Source: an uncultured delta proteobacterium
Lineage (GTDB): Bacteria; Desulfobacterota; WTBG01; CAIYCZ01
Reading direction: 5' to 3'
Assembly (NCBI GenBank): GCA_963803975.1
Contig: CAWDOY010000016.1
Coordinates: forward strand, 53,399 to 117,398
Length of the DNA stretch: 64,000 nucleotides
Below the pieces are notes generated by a model. That model made no database searches. It was not told where the DNA came from and saw only the letters and a program-made list of their open reading frames with translations. Shown piece after piece: positions 1 to 10,564 of the stretch. The position numbers were made by a program, and so were the translations under genes. Position 1 is the stretch's first letter; each line of letters begins with the position of its first letter.

Positions 1-17
1 ACGCAGGAATGTGAATC

Positions 18-518
18 ATGAGACACCTAAAGGCTGGAAGAAAACTGGGAAGAGAAACAAGCCACCGTCTGGCAATGTTCCGCAATATGGTAACGTCTCT
101 GCTGGAACATGAGCGGATCGAGACGACCGAACAGAAGGCCAAGGAGCTGAAGCGCCTGGCGGATAAAATGGTGACCCTCGGCAAGCGCGGCGACCTGCAC
201 GCGCGGCGCCAGGCCATGAAAGTAATCCGCACCGAGACGGTCGGCAAAAAGCTGTTTGATGAAATCGCCCCCCGCTTTAAAGACCGCTCCGGCGGGTATA
301 CGCGTATTATAAAGATCGGGCGGCGGGTGGGAGACAATGCCCTGGTCGTTCTTATTGAGCTGGTGGAGCAGGGCAAAAAGGAGCTGGAGAAGAAGGAGAA
401 AGAAAAGAAGCCCGCCAAGGGGAAAAAGCCGGCTAAAGAAAAAGCCGCCGCGGAAAAGCCGTGGAAAGAGAAGTTTAAAAAAGAGAAAGAGAAGAAAGCT
501 GAGAAAGAGAAAAAATAA
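18..518 (+). CDS. rplQ: 50S ribosomal protein L17 with Lys/Glu-rich C-terminal tail
   Basis: MRH...[34 protein letters not shown] signature. Confidence 0.98.
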   Translation: MRHLKAGRKLGRETSHRLAMFRNMVTSLLEHERIETTEQKAKELKRLADKMVTLGKRGDLHARRQAMKVIRTETVGKKLFDEIAPRFKDRSGGYTRIIKIGRRVGDNALVVLIELVEQGKKELEKKEKEKKPAKGKKPAKEKAAAEKPWKEKFKKEKEKKAEKEKK

Positions 519-549
519 TTTTTTAACAGCAGAAGGTTGAGCATATACT

Positions 550-589
550 ACGCCTGAAGGGGCGAGACGCCCTTTCAGGCGTTTTTTTT
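550..589 (+). terminator. Intrinsic terminator after rplQ
   Basis: ACGCCTGAAGGGG...CCCTTTCAGGCGT hairpin followed by a T-tract. Confidence 0.85.
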
Positions 590-731
590 AAGTATTGATG
601 CAGCTGGTGCACGCTATTGATCACGGTTTTGTTTCGGCAAATTCTTGCGCGGACCGGGGCTTTGTTCTTGAAAATAAGCGGGATATATTTTATAAGGAAA
701 TATAGCAGCATGCTAAGGACGGGCACATCGT

Positions 732-1133
732 ATGGGAACACGGCAGATCGAGCGACTCTATAAAAAAATGATCACGTTTGAAGACGCCTCAGGCGGCCAG
801 GGAAATATTGATCCGCGGATCAGGTCTGAAATATTTCAAACCATCATGAATGAGATGGAAGGCCTCCTGAAAAAGCTGAAGCGCAGCAAACACGGCTCCC
901 GGCAAGCAGAAGAGCTCGGGCTGCAGATCCGCCGGCTTCTGCTCAAAGAGGTGCAGGTCATTATTGATGAGTATGTTCTTTCGCAGCAGAACGGCACGGT
1001 CGAGCGCTGGAAAGAGATGTATGGCGACATCCATTATTACATTAAGAATTTCTACTCCTACCGCACGGAGAGCCGGTTCAGGGGAAACGGCTCCATTGGA
1101 ACTGCCTGCGGGTTTTACGAAACAGACGAGTAA
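732..1133 (+). CDS. Hypothetical helical protein
   Basis: 133-aa ORF filling the gap between rplQ and cobB; no recognised motif. Confidence 0.6.
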   Translation: MGTRQIERLYKKMITFEDASGGQGNIDPRIRSEIFQTIMNEMEGLLKKLKRSKHGSRQAEELGLQIRRLLLKEVQVIIDEYVLSQQNGTVERWKEMYGDIHYYIKNFYSYRTESRFRGNGSIGTACGFYETDE

Positions 1134-1183
1134 CCGGAGGCCGGCAGAGATCCGGGTCCAGATGAATTGAAAGGGAGGACGCT

Positions 1184-1943
1184 ATGTCATTTGATGAAGA
1201 GATCACCACCCTGGCGCATGATATCGTGCGCTCGAAAAAAATTGTTGCCCTGAGCGGTGCCGGCATGTCTGTTGAGAGCGATATTGCCTCGTTTCGCGGA
1301 AAAGGCGGGCTGTGGGAGAAATATGACCCTGAAGAGTATGCCCACATTTCAACCCTGAAACACCATCCGGAAAAAGCCTGGATACTGCTTGGTGCCATGC
1401 AGAAGGAGATAGCCAGGGCAAAGCCGAACCAGGGGCACTATGCACTGGCAGAGCTTGAGCAGCTGGGGTTCCTGAAAACCATCATCACGCAGAATGTTGA
1501 CGGCCTGCACCACCTGGCAGGAAACAGGGATGTCATCGAGTTCCACGGCAACCTGCAGACGGTCACCTGCATGGATTGCGGCCATCACCTGTCAAGCTCA
1601 GAGATTTCACTTGACGATATTCCGCCGCGCTGCAGCAAATGTAAAGGGCGTGTTTAAACCGGACTGCATATTCTTCGGCGAGGCCATCCCGGTCGAGGCG
1701 CTTACCCGCGCGCATCAGGAATCGCGCACCTGTGACCTGATGCTGGTGCTCGGGACCTCAGCGGTGGTGTATCCCGCGGCAAGCATGCCCGAGATCGCCA
1801 AGAGCGCCGGTGCCCGGGTGGTGGAGATCAACCCCTCAGAAACACCGCTCACCCGGTTTGTCTCTGATTATATTATTCTCGGCAAGACCGGGGACGTATT
1901 ACCCAAGGTTGTAGAGAAAATCAAGACGCTGAAAAACGCTTAG
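1184..1943 (+). CDS. cobB: NAD-dependent protein deacylase (Sir2/CobB), with a frameshift near 1648
   Basis: GAGMSVES, TQNVDGLH, HGNL and CxxC..CxxC in ORF 1184-1657; KPDCIFFGE, GTSAVVYPAA and EINP in ORF 1494-1943; an extra G in the GGG run. Confidence 0.9.
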
Positions 1944-3232
1944 AATTCTATCTGGGTCTGCAGATAGAAATAATCCACATCTTTATTCTTACCCGTCGCC
2001 TGTCTGAATATATCCGCGGTGAAAAAGCGGTTGGCGCTTGCCAGAATATTCACCTTTTCAGACAGCTCATAGGATAAAAATAAATCAGTTTCACAGCCAA
2101 TGGTTTTGGAATAGCCGTCGGGTGTTTTGTCAGCCGTAAAGTGATGCCAGTCAAGACAGAGTGAAAGCTTCGGGCTGAGCTTTACTGATGATGCCACCGT
2201 GACCACCTTCATGCCGCTTGCGCGGATGTCTCCGATATCAATCCCGCTCACATCAGGAACCAGGCTTATATCACCGACCACCAGGGTGTCATTGTAGATA
2301 TTGCCGTGAAATTCACGCATGTCACCGTCCTGCGGATTTCCGTCACCGGTGCCAAAGGCATAGCCTACCCGCAGCGACGGCTCAAACGGCAGATTAAAGT
2401 CATAGGTCAGGTCGGCGTGGCCGCCGTAGGCGCGGATCTGGCCATCGTCTCCCCGGTTATTGTAGCGAACCTTGCCGAACTGGTACATCGGCTCAAACTC
2501 AAAGCCGAGCCGTTCCATTAGTTTTACGTCAAGCCTGGTCCCGGCAGTAAACCACAGCGGGCTTTCATGGAACAGATGATCATACAAATTCTGGAATCCA
2601 TGCCGGTTATAAAAGAAGTAAAAGTCCCAGGCAGTATTTTTAATGCCGCTGTAGGTTGAATAAAATCCGTACAGGCCCGGATTTCCCGCCTTGTTATTGG
2701 TAAAGCTCACCAGGCGTGCCGCGATCAGATCAACGGAGAGGTTGCAGAGCGGCTGAACGTTAATCTTTGCCCCGTCCCAGGTCAGGCCGCGATAGAAGTC
2801 GTCATTGCCGAGAAAGAATGCCGAGCCGTAGACAAAATCCTGGCGCCCGATTTTCAGGTTTATAGGAAGCTGTCCGAGTTTCGGGAATTCAATATAACCC
2901 TGGTACACGGAAAGCCGGTCCTCATTGTCATAGCCGCCCCAGCGGCCGTAAAACTGCGGCTCAAAGTAGAGCCGCACCCAGTCGGCGGGATTTGCCTCGA
3001 GGTGAATGCGGGTTCTGTTCAGGAGTTGTGTTTCGCTTTTGCCCGGATTATAGCTGAAATCATCCAGGGACTGGTTCTGGGTTGCATCATAGCGCAAGCG
3101 CACCTGACCGCCGATGTTTATCAGACCATATTTTTCTTCTTCTTTTTCTGCTTGTGCCAGTACCTTATCCGACATTAAAACACAGAGCAATAAAACTACC
3201 AGCAACCCGATCATTGCTTTCTTCATTGGCAA
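1940..3232 (-). CDS. Alginate export family outer-membrane beta-barrel protein
   Basis: Signal peptide, GGQVRLRY, KIGRQDFVYG, YAFGTGD, C-terminal Phe. Confidence 0.8.
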   Translation of the reverse strand: MPMKKAMIGLLVVLLLCVLMSDKVLAQAEKEEEKYGLINIGGQVRLRYDATQNQSLDDFSYNPGKSETQLLNRTRIHLEANPADWVRLYFEPQFYGRWGGYDNEDRLSVYQGYIEFPKLGQLPINLKIGRQDFVYGSAFFLGNDDFYRGLTWDGAKINVQPLCNLSVDLIAARLVSFTNNKAGNPGLYGFYSTYSGIKNTAWDFYFFYNRHGFQNLYDHLFHESPLWFTAGTRLDVKLMERLGFEFEPMYQFGKVRYNNRGDDGQIRAYGGHADLTYDFNLPFEPSLRVGYAFGTGDGNPQDGDMREFHGNIYNDTLVVGDISLVPDVSGIDIGDIRASGMKVVTVASSVKLSPKLSLCLDWHHFTADKTPDGYSKTIGCETDLFLSYELSEKVNILASANRFFTADIFRQATGKNKDVDYFYLQTQIEF

Positions 3233-3568
3233 GTCTCCACTAACATTGTATTGATGAAAGACTCATAAAATTCAAATTGAAAAAATATATATTGATGGAA
3301 TAATGCTGTCAAGTGCCAAGATATTTTATGGCCTTTTTCTGATCGTTAATGAGAAACAAAAGAAAATTTGAGCTTTATTGCGAGATATTTTATGACAAGA
3401 AGCTGGATTGGCGAGAATAACTAATTGTGGTTGAAGTGGTGATTAACCCAAGATGACATGCGTTATGATGCTCTGTTCATTTTAAACTATGTAGCCAAAC
3501 AGCCTATGCATAAATCCCTGCTGCCAAACAGAGATTTAAGTATGCACAAAAGTATGCCTCAATTGTTA

Positions 3569-4180
3569 TCAGGATTTTCTATTCCAAACAACCATGAACT
3601 TCCCATCCAGAAATACATTATAACCTGCAATGGTACATAAAAAAGTGGTGGCATGTTGTTTATGATGCTTGTAAAAAGGTTTAAATTCTAAAACATGGCA
3701 TCTGTCTGCCTTTAATACAATTTCCATCTTAGTCGCAAGTTTTTCTGCAGGCAGTTTAAGAATTATTGAGTGTGAGCCTCCTGCAAGCCTTATTTTTTTA
3801 TCAAGGATATATTTTATTCCCAACCCCGCTTCAAAATTTTTATTACCCTGTTCATCATAAGGAGGAATATCTTCCTTTTTCCCATCAACTTTCCAGGTGA
3901 GAACCTGACCATCGATGTTTAATATGAAGGGATATTCTGATTTCCCATGCATTGACTTCTTTGGTTCAAACCAGTAAAACCCCTCCTCATGGGTCTTGAT
4001 GGACGCTTTAATTATTACATCAGTAAACCCGATTGGTATCTGTTTTTCTTCTTTGACTTCGCTGAAAACCACTGCTCTATCTTTTTGCGATTCCGTTTTT
4101 ATCTTTTTCGGTTGGATTGCACATCCTATGAACGGCAAGGCAAAAGAGATCAGCATTACAACTATCAATAATCTTTTCAT
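3569..4180 (-). CDS. Hypothetical lipoprotein
   Basis: MKR + hydrophobic stretch + FIGC lipobox; co-oriented with the czc operon. Confidence 0.7.
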   Translation of the reverse strand: MKRLLIVVMLISFALPFIGCAIQPKKIKTESQKDRAVVFSEVKEEKQIPIGFTDVIIKASIKTHEEGFYWFEPKKSMHGKSEYPFILNIDGQVLTWKVDGKKEDIPPYDEQGNKNFEAGLGIKYILDKKIRLAGGSHSIILKLPAEKLATKMEIVLKADRCHVLEFKPFYKHHKQHATTFLCTIAGYNVFLDGKFMVVWNRKS

Positions 4181-4218
4181 TGCAATCCCCTTCTATATCG
4201 GGTGATTTAATAGTTTGT

Positions 4219-4560
4219 TCAGACAGCAGTTTCACCACGCTCGCCGGTACTGATACGTACGGCTGTTTGAACTTCAGACACATAGATCTTTCCGTCACCG
4301 CGCAGCCCCGTATGTGCGTTATGTTGAATAATGGAGATGATGCTGTCTGTTAATTCATCTTGACAGAAAATCTCAATTTTCATATGGGGTACATACTCAA
4401 CAAGGTCTTCCACTATGCGATTGCGAGCCCCCTTTGCCCTGCTGCGGCCAAAGCCCTGTACACTGGAGACAGTCAGTCCAGTGAGGCCTTCCAGAGTATT
4501 GAGAGCCATGGCCACCTTCGAAAGCATGTGAGGCTTTATATAAGCTATGATCTGTTTCAT
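4219..4560 (-). CDS. P-II family protein
   Basis: MKQIIAYIKP, VQGFGR, HTGLRGDGKIYVS..AVRISTGERGETAV. Confidence 0.93.
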   Translation of the reverse strand: MKQIIAYIKPHMLSKVAMALNTLEGLTGLTVSSVQGFGRSRAKGARNRIVEDLVEYVPHMKIEIFCQDELTDSIISIIQHNAHTGLRGDGKIYVSEVQTAVRISTGERGETAV

Positions 4561-4596
4561 GTTGTTTCCTCCTTTATTGTTCGAAAGCAGTTAGAG

Positions 4597-7500
4597 TTAT
4601 AATGTATCCTTGAGAACCTCTTCTTTTTCGATGCGAGCGTCTGCTCTGGTTTCAAACCAATCATAAAGAGTTGGTAACACGATCAAGGTGAGCAGGGTCG
4701 AGGTTATGAGACCACCCATCACAACCACCGCAAGAGGTTTCTGGATGTCTGCTCCTGACCCGGTGGCGTAGAGCATCGGGAAGTGACCGATGAAGCTAAC
4801 CAGAGCGGTCATCAGAAGAGGACGAAACCGGAGGTTACAGCCGGTCGTGACTGTTTCATCCACGCTTTTACCCTCGGCACGAAGCTGACGGAAGAAAGCA
4901 ACCAGCACCACGCCATTCTGGACTGCAATGCCAAGGAGAACGATGAACGCTACTGCTGATGAAACAGATAGATTCATACGGAAGACCCACACGGCGATAA
5001 TACCCCCTACTAAGGCAAACGGCAGGTTGAGCACCACCAGCAAGGAGTCTCGCAATGACCCGAGGGCAAGATAGAGGAACAAAAGAATCAGGAGCAGGGC
5101 AATGGGAACCACGATCGAGAGGCGCTGCATCGCCCGCTGCTGGTTTTCAAACTGTCCTCCGAACTCAAGAAAGTACCCCGGGGGTAACTCAGATTCAATG
5201 CGTGCCAGGGCCTGTTTCGCCTCAGCGACGAAACCGCCCAGGTCTCTTCCGCGGATGTTAGCTTCGGCTGCCACGCGACGCATGCTTTTTTCCCGGCTGA
5301 TCTGGGCCGGTCCCTCCACGGTGGAGATTTTGGCAACCCGGCTCAGTGGTACCCTCTCCCCGGCAGCCCCGCGCAATATAAGCCGTTCCAGGGATGAAAT
5401 ATCAGATCGTTCCGCGTCAGGGAAGCGAACCACGGTCGCGATACGCTGCTGACCGTCAACTACCCTGGTAGCCTCCTTTCCAGCTATTGCGGTTTCAATC
5501 AATTCGTTAACATCAGAAACATTAATGCCATAGCGGGCCAGTTCCTGTCGGTTGAGAGTAATTTCGACCTGTTCCATGCCGGAAACCTGTTCCACCCTAA
5601 CATCCTGTGCGCCTCGAAGTCCTGTGAGTACTCCTGCTATACGGTCTGCATAGTCCTTGAGCTTTTTAATGTCTGATCCATAGACCTTTACCGCCAGATC
5701 ACTTTTCACCCCGGAGATAAGCTCGTTCACACGCAGGGCAATAGGCTGAGAAAATGATAGGCGAAGCCCTGGAACGACAGATAGCTCCTTTTGCAAAGCT
5801 TCCACAAGTTCCGCTTTGTTTCGACCAGTTTTCCACTCTTTCCGAGGCTTCAACATGATAAATATATCAGTTTGCTCCGGTCCCATCGGATCCTCGGAGA
5901 TTTCCGCACGTCCTGTCTTGCTCACCACGGTGGTAACCTCAGGGAAACCAGCAAGTATTCTCTTTTCCATGAAAGTTCCAACGTCCTTGGATCCATCAAG
6001 TGAAGCATTCGGCAGCCGCACGGCATTAATTGCTATGGCTCCCTCATCGAGGTCCGGCATAAACTCTGTTCCGATCCTTGTTGCTATCAACCCGGCTGCG
6101 ATAAGGGTAATAAGAGATATTGATAAGGTAACGCTCTTTCGTCTTCTGGCAGCCGCAAGAAAATTCAGATAACCTTCATGAAAGCGACGCACAAGCCGGA
6201 ACTGTTTTTCATGTGACTGTTTCAGGATTATCTCAGACAGAACCGGCACGATGGTTAAAGCCACAATCAGAGAGATGAACATGCAAATTATCATTGTCAA
6301 CGCAAGCGGCATGAACATCTTTCCCTCGATTCCCTGCAGCGTAAATAGGGGCACCAGCACGACCATAATAATCATGATTGAGAATGTTACGGGACCTGCC
6401 ACTTCCAACACCGATTGTATGGTTACCTGCCGGCGAAGAGCCGGGTCACGGTGCTCTGCGAAGTGGCGGCGGATGTTCTCCGTAATGACGATCGAGGCGT
6501 CCACAACCATGCCCACTGAAAAGGCAAGACCCCCAAGGCTCATTAAATTTGATGTGAGTCCTATCCCTCCCATTATTGGAAATGTTAAAAGGTAGGTAAG
6601 CGGCAGGGAAACAACCACTATAAGAGCTGTGCGGAGCTCGGCCAGGAAGAGGAAGAGTACCAGAATCACGAAAATTCCTCCTTCCAGCAGTGCATCAACC
6701 ACGGTCTTAATACATGCCTCTATCAAAAATGTGCGGTCATAGAATACGTTGATGCGGGCGCCTTGGGGGAGGCTCTTCTGGATCTTTGGTATAGCTTCCT
6801 TCACGCGTGAGACAACATCTCTGGAATTCTCATCGCGCAGCATGATGACCATGCCGGCCACAGCTTCCCCTTTGCCATCGCGGGTGACTGCACCCTGACG
6901 GGGCTGAGGACCTATGACAACATCAGCAACGTCTCTAACATATACGGGTGATCCATTCTGAGCCTTGAGGACGATACTGTCAATATCCTCTGTGCTCGTA
7001 AGCAGGCCCAATCCTCTGATGTATGTCTGCTCCCACCCACGGACGATGAAGCCACCAGCCGCATTGGCATTGTTTTTCTCAATCGCCTCTACTACATCCC
7101 GGAGCGTCAGGTCATACTTCAGCAGAGCGTCTGGCCTGACCAGAACCTGATATTGTTTGACGAATCCGCCGAAGCTGTTAACCTCGTTTACTCCAGGGAT
7201 TGGTTTTAGTTGGGGAGTTACTATAAAGTTCTGAATGGTTCTCAGTTCCAGGGGAGAGAGAGTCTCGCTCTCCAGGGTGTATTGAAATATCTCTCCAAGT
7301 CCGGTGCTGGTAGGCCCCAGCTCTGGTTCTGCAAAAGAGGGCAAACTCTCCTTTGCTGTCTGGAGCCGCTCAAACACCTGCTGCCGTGCAAAATAGATGT
7401 TCGTATTATCTTCAAAAACCACAATGACCTGCGACAGGCCGGCTTTTGAAAGGGAACGGACCTGATTGACCTTGGGTACGCCGCCCATCTGCTGCTCAAT

Positions 7501-7701
7501 CGGATAGGTTACCTGTTGCTCCACGTCCACAGATGAAAGACCGGGTGCCTCGGTCAAAATCATGACCTGAACATTGGTCACGTCCGGGAAAGCATCGATG
7601 GGAAGCTTCGTCCACGCGATTGCACCTGCGACAATAAGAATACCGGTAAGGGCCAGTACCAGCACCCGCCGATGAAGAAGAAACTCGATAAATTTATGCA
7701 T
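4597..7701 (-). CDS. czcA: CzcA/CusA family heavy-metal efflux RND permease
   Basis: LPIDAFPDVTNVQV, NLMSLGG, GTEFMPDLDEG, RFRPLLMTA, QKPLAVVVMGG; 1034 aa. Confidence 0.95.
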   Translation of the reverse strand: MHKFIEFLLHRRVLVLALTGILIVAGAIAWTKLPIDAFPDVTNVQVMILTEAPGLSSVDVEQQVTYPIEQQMGGVPKVNQVRSLSKAGLSQVIVVFEDNTNIYFARQQVFERLQTAKESLPSFAEPELGPTSTGLGEIFQYTLESETLSPLELRTIQNFIVTPQLKPIPGVNEVNSFGGFVKQYQVLVRPDALLKYDLTLRDVVEAIEKNNANAAGGFIVRGWEQTYIRGLGLLTSTEDIDSIVLKAQNGSPVYVRDVADVVIGPQPRQGAVTRDGKGEAVAGMVIMLRDENSRDVVSRVKEAIPKIQKSLPQGARINVFYDRTFLIEACIKTVVDALLEGGIFVILVLFLFLAELRTALIVVVSLPLTYLLTFPIMGGIGLTSNLMSLGGLAFSVGMVVDASIVITENIRRHFAEHRDPALRRQVTIQSVLEVAGPVTFSIMIIMVVLVPLFTLQGIEGKMFMPLALTMIICMFISLIVALTIVPVLSEIILKQSHEKQFRLVRRFHEGYLNFLAAARRRKSVTLSISLITLIAAGLIATRIGTEFMPDLDEGAIAINAVRLPNASLDGSKDVGTFMEKRILAGFPEVTTVVSKTGRAEISEDPMGPEQTDIFIMLKPRKEWKTGRNKAELVEALQKELSVVPGLRLSFSQPIALRVNELISGVKSDLAVKVYGSDIKKLKDYADRIAGVLTGLRGAQDVRVEQVSGMEQVEITLNRQELARYGINVSDVNELIETAIAGKEATRVVDGQQRIATVVRFPDAERSDISSLERLILRGAAGERVPLSRVAKISTVEGPAQISREKSMRRVAAEANIRGRDLGGFVAEAKQALARIESELPPGYFLEFGGQFENQQRAMQRLSIVVPIALLLILLFLYLALGSLRDSLLVVLNLPFALVGGIIAVWVFRMNLSVSSAVAFIVLLGIAVQNGVVLVAFFRQLRAEGKSVDETVTTGCNLRFRPLLMTALVSFIGHFPMLYATGSGADIQKPLAVVVMGGLITSTLLTLIVLPTLYDWFETRADARIEKEEVLKDTL

Positions 7702-7709
7702 AGGACCTC

Positions 7710-9068
7710 CTAATCTGCGCAGCCTGCGCCCATCTTTTTGCGCAGAACGTCTGATTTGAGAAGAAACGAGCCGTCAGCAATGATCTTCTGTCCGGAGGTA
7801 AGCCCGTTGCGGATTATTACCTGATCCCCGAAGGTCTCTCCAAGCGTAACCGGACGGCGAATCCAATAGTCACCCTCTTTATGCACAAACACGAAAGTTC
7901 GTCCTTCGTCGGCAAGAACTGCAACTTTTGGCACGGTGACAACATTTTCTCCACCAGGCAGCAGCAGTTTAACATTCACAAACATTCCGGGTCTCAGTAA
8001 ACCTTCAGCGTTGGAGACCGTAATCCGTGCTCTGACAGTGCGAGTCTGCTCGTGCATCATCCCCGAGATAACGTCCAATGTACCTTGATACTTTTTGCCT
8101 CCTGTACCTTGTGCGCTGACCTCAGCAGGGATTTTGCTGCCACTTGGGTTAAGGGTAAGGGCATCAGACTCTTTTAGATTTGCCCACACCCAGACTTCAG
8201 AAAGATCGGATAAAACAAACAGCTCTTTCCCGGATTCCACATACTCGCCGCTATTTACATGCCCTTCGAGCACGGTGCCATTTTGCGAGGCTCTGACAGC
8301 GATAATTCCGGTCATAGTATTCGTTGCAGAGTTTCCCAGAAGTTCAATCTCTTTACTGGAAAGCCCTGACCGTGTAAGCCGTGTGCGTGTATTAGCCAGC
8401 TCAATCTCAGCTTCAGCTTGCCGTGTCTTGGCTTCCTGCATCTCAACTTCCGCAGAAATTTTCTTGGCAAAAAGGTTTGCCTCTCGTTCTGCGGTCTTTC
8501 GCGCAAGCTGTAAAACGGCCATCTTTTTCAGGTAGTCTGCTTTGGCTTCTGCAACTTCAGGGCTGTCTATCTCGAAGAGAATATCGCCTGCCGAAACCTT
8601 TTGGCCAATGTTGACCATCGTCCTGCGCACAATGCCCGGGAGTGGGCTGGAAACATGGACAGTTTTTGTATCATTAACCTGAACTTCACCGGTGAGGGGG
8701 AGAACCTTTGAAAAGGGCTGGGTTCCAACAAGGGTAGTATTAATAAGACCGGGTTTCTCGTTTTCAGCAATTACTGTTGGGCTGAGCTTGACTGCTCCGA
8801 GTTCATACCGGCATTCATCGCAGGTATAGTGGAGAATATCGTGCTCACATTTTGCGGTCCACATCTCGTCAACCGATCGGTCAAGATCGGATTTTTCCTC
8901 GCCATGTTCAGTTGCTTCAGCCCTGCTGCCGGTTTGTTCTTCAGTGTCCGCCGCCGCAGCTTTTGTAGAAGTTACCTCAGATGTTCCCTGGTTCCTGAAG
9001 CCAATTATCGCAACAACTACTACAAACAAGATGGCTGTAATTATTATCAAATTTTTTCTTTTTTTCAT
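7710..9068 (-). CDS. czcB: CzcB-like RND periplasmic adaptor subunit
   Basis: N-terminal anchor, barrel-sandwich hybrid motifs, LRPGMF; lies between czcC and czcA. Confidence 0.9.
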   Translation of the reverse strand: MKKRKNLIIITAILFVVVVAIIGFRNQGTSEVTSTKAAAADTEEQTGSRAEATEHGEEKSDLDRSVDEMWTAKCEHDILHYTCDECRYELGAVKLSPTVIAENEKPGLINTTLVGTQPFSKVLPLTGEVQVNDTKTVHVSSPLPGIVRRTMVNIGQKVSAGDILFEIDSPEVAEAKADYLKKMAVLQLARKTAEREANLFAKKISAEVEMQEAKTRQAEAEIELANTRTRLTRSGLSSKEIELLGNSATNTMTGIIAVRASQNGTVLEGHVNSGEYVESGKELFVLSDLSEVWVWANLKESDALTLNPSGSKIPAEVSAQGTGGKKYQGTLDVISGMMHEQTRTVRARITVSNAEGLLRPGMFVNVKLLLPGGENVVTVPKVAVLADEGRTFVFVHKEGDYWIRRPVTLGETFGDQVIIRNGLTSGQKIIADGSFLLKSDVLRKKMGAGCAD

Positions 9069-9080
9069 TGTAACCTCCCG

Positions 9081-10451
9081 TTATGATTTTATATAGTCAC
9101 CGATAAGCCGTTCTATATTGGCTTTTGCTTTATGGTAATCTGCCAGAGCAGTAACGTATTGTCGTTTTATTTCAAAAAACGTCCGCTGCGCATCTATTAC
9201 CTGCAAATAACTGAATTTACCCTCTCGATAACCTTCCTGTGCAGCATTAAATGCGCTCTGTGCTCCTGGTAACGCATTCTCTTTCAGTGCTGCTGCTGAT
9301 AAGTAGGCAGAGGAGAGTTCTTGATATGCCTGAGCAAGATCGGTGAGGACTTTTATCTGTGCTGCTTTACGTTGTTCCTCTGCTTTGCTTAAATTGTGTC
9401 GTGCTTCCAATCTTTCACCCTGATTGCGGTTAAAAAGGGGAATTGGCATAGAGATCCCCATAACAAATGCCGTGTTATTTGTTTCATTAAAGTATCGCGG
9501 TCCCGCGCCTATGGTAACGTCAGGGATGGCATTGGCATCCTTGAGCTTGATGTCAGCACGGCCTTTTGCAATTTCAGTATCCCAGCGTGCAATATCAGGG
9601 TTCCGGGAAACCAACTTATTTATCTGCTCCTGTTGAGGGATTGGCTCTACCGTATCAAACTCTCCAATAACCTTTTCAAACGCAGGTGAAGAACTTCCCC
9701 AGGTAGCAGCAAGCCTTTTCCGGGCTGTTTCCATTTCCCGTTTAGCCTGTTCCAGTTCGATGCGTATGGTAGTTAAAGCAACCTTAGCCTGGATTTCCTC
9801 TAAAGGAGCGACCTTTCCCGCTTTGACCCTTTCGACAACAGTCGTGTAGACCTGTTCAGATAGTTGAACTAAATCCCTGGTGATTGAAAGACGTTCCTGT
9901 GCTGCAAGGACGTCCCAAAAAGCCTTTGTTATGTCAGTAAACACATCCAGCCGTTTAGCCTCAAAATCCCATCCAGAGAGATCCTTTTCAAGTTCAGAAA
10001 GTTTCTTACGCTTAGAGCGCTTCCCGCCCAGTTCAAACAACTGATTGATTTGTATCGTGTTTTCAGACCCATTAAATCCTTTAAGCTCTCTGGTACCGCC
10101 AAAGTTTTCGACTTCTGCTGAAATCTCTGGGTTAGGTAAAAGTCCTGCCTGAAGTGTTCGGGCTTCTGCGGAACGCACTTCCCAGGAAAACATTATGAGC
10201 TCAGGGTTTTGCATCAAACCGAAGGAGAGGGCCTGATTTAATGTTAGAGCGCCGGTTGGTTCTTCGATCTCAGGAGATTGCCCTATAGAGCCGGATAGCT
10301 GTTGTGGCGGGTGAAAGGTTTTGAACTCATTTCCCAAATGACGCTGCTCTTGCCAGTCTGCTTCTTTGGAATAAGCTTCAGAGCAAAAAAAACTAATAAC
10401 TAATAGTAGTCCAAAGGATAAATACCTTAAGTACATAAAAATCCTCCACAT
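9081..10451 (-). CDS. czcC: CzcC/TolC family outer-membrane efflux protein
   Basis: QAGLLPNP, PIPLFNRNQG, GYREGKFSYLQVIDAQR. Confidence 0.92.
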   Translation of the reverse strand: MWRIFMYLRYLSFGLLLVISFFCSEAYSKEADWQEQRHLGNEFKTFHPPQQLSGSIGQSPEIEEPTGALTLNQALSFGLMQNPELIMFSWEVRSAEARTLQAGLLPNPEISAEVENFGGTRELKGFNGSENTIQINQLFELGGKRSKRKKLSELEKDLSGWDFEAKRLDVFTDITKAFWDVLAAQERLSITRDLVQLSEQVYTTVVERVKAGKVAPLEEIQAKVALTTIRIELEQAKREMETARKRLAATWGSSSPAFEKVIGEFDTVEPIPQQEQINKLVSRNPDIARWDTEIAKGRADIKLKDANAIPDVTIGAGPRYFNETNNTAFVMGISMPIPLFNRNQGERLEARHNLSKAEEQRKAAQIKVLTDLAQAYQELSSAYLSAAALKENALPGAQSAFNAAQEGYREGKFSYLQVIDAQRTFFEIKRQYVTALADYHKAKANIERLIGDYIKS

Positions 10452-10564
10452 GACACCTTGCAGGTCTTTGATTTTTTACAAAAGAGATCGTATGCAGACA
10501 GCACAATAATATGCTGACCAGCACGTTTAAAAGGGATAGTTACTTGACGGTGCCAGGGGAAGCT

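Noticed and set aside
1184..1943. Sir2 gene as an anti-phage defence NADase
   Set aside because: Canonical CobB length and Zn-binding motifs, no defence partner genes
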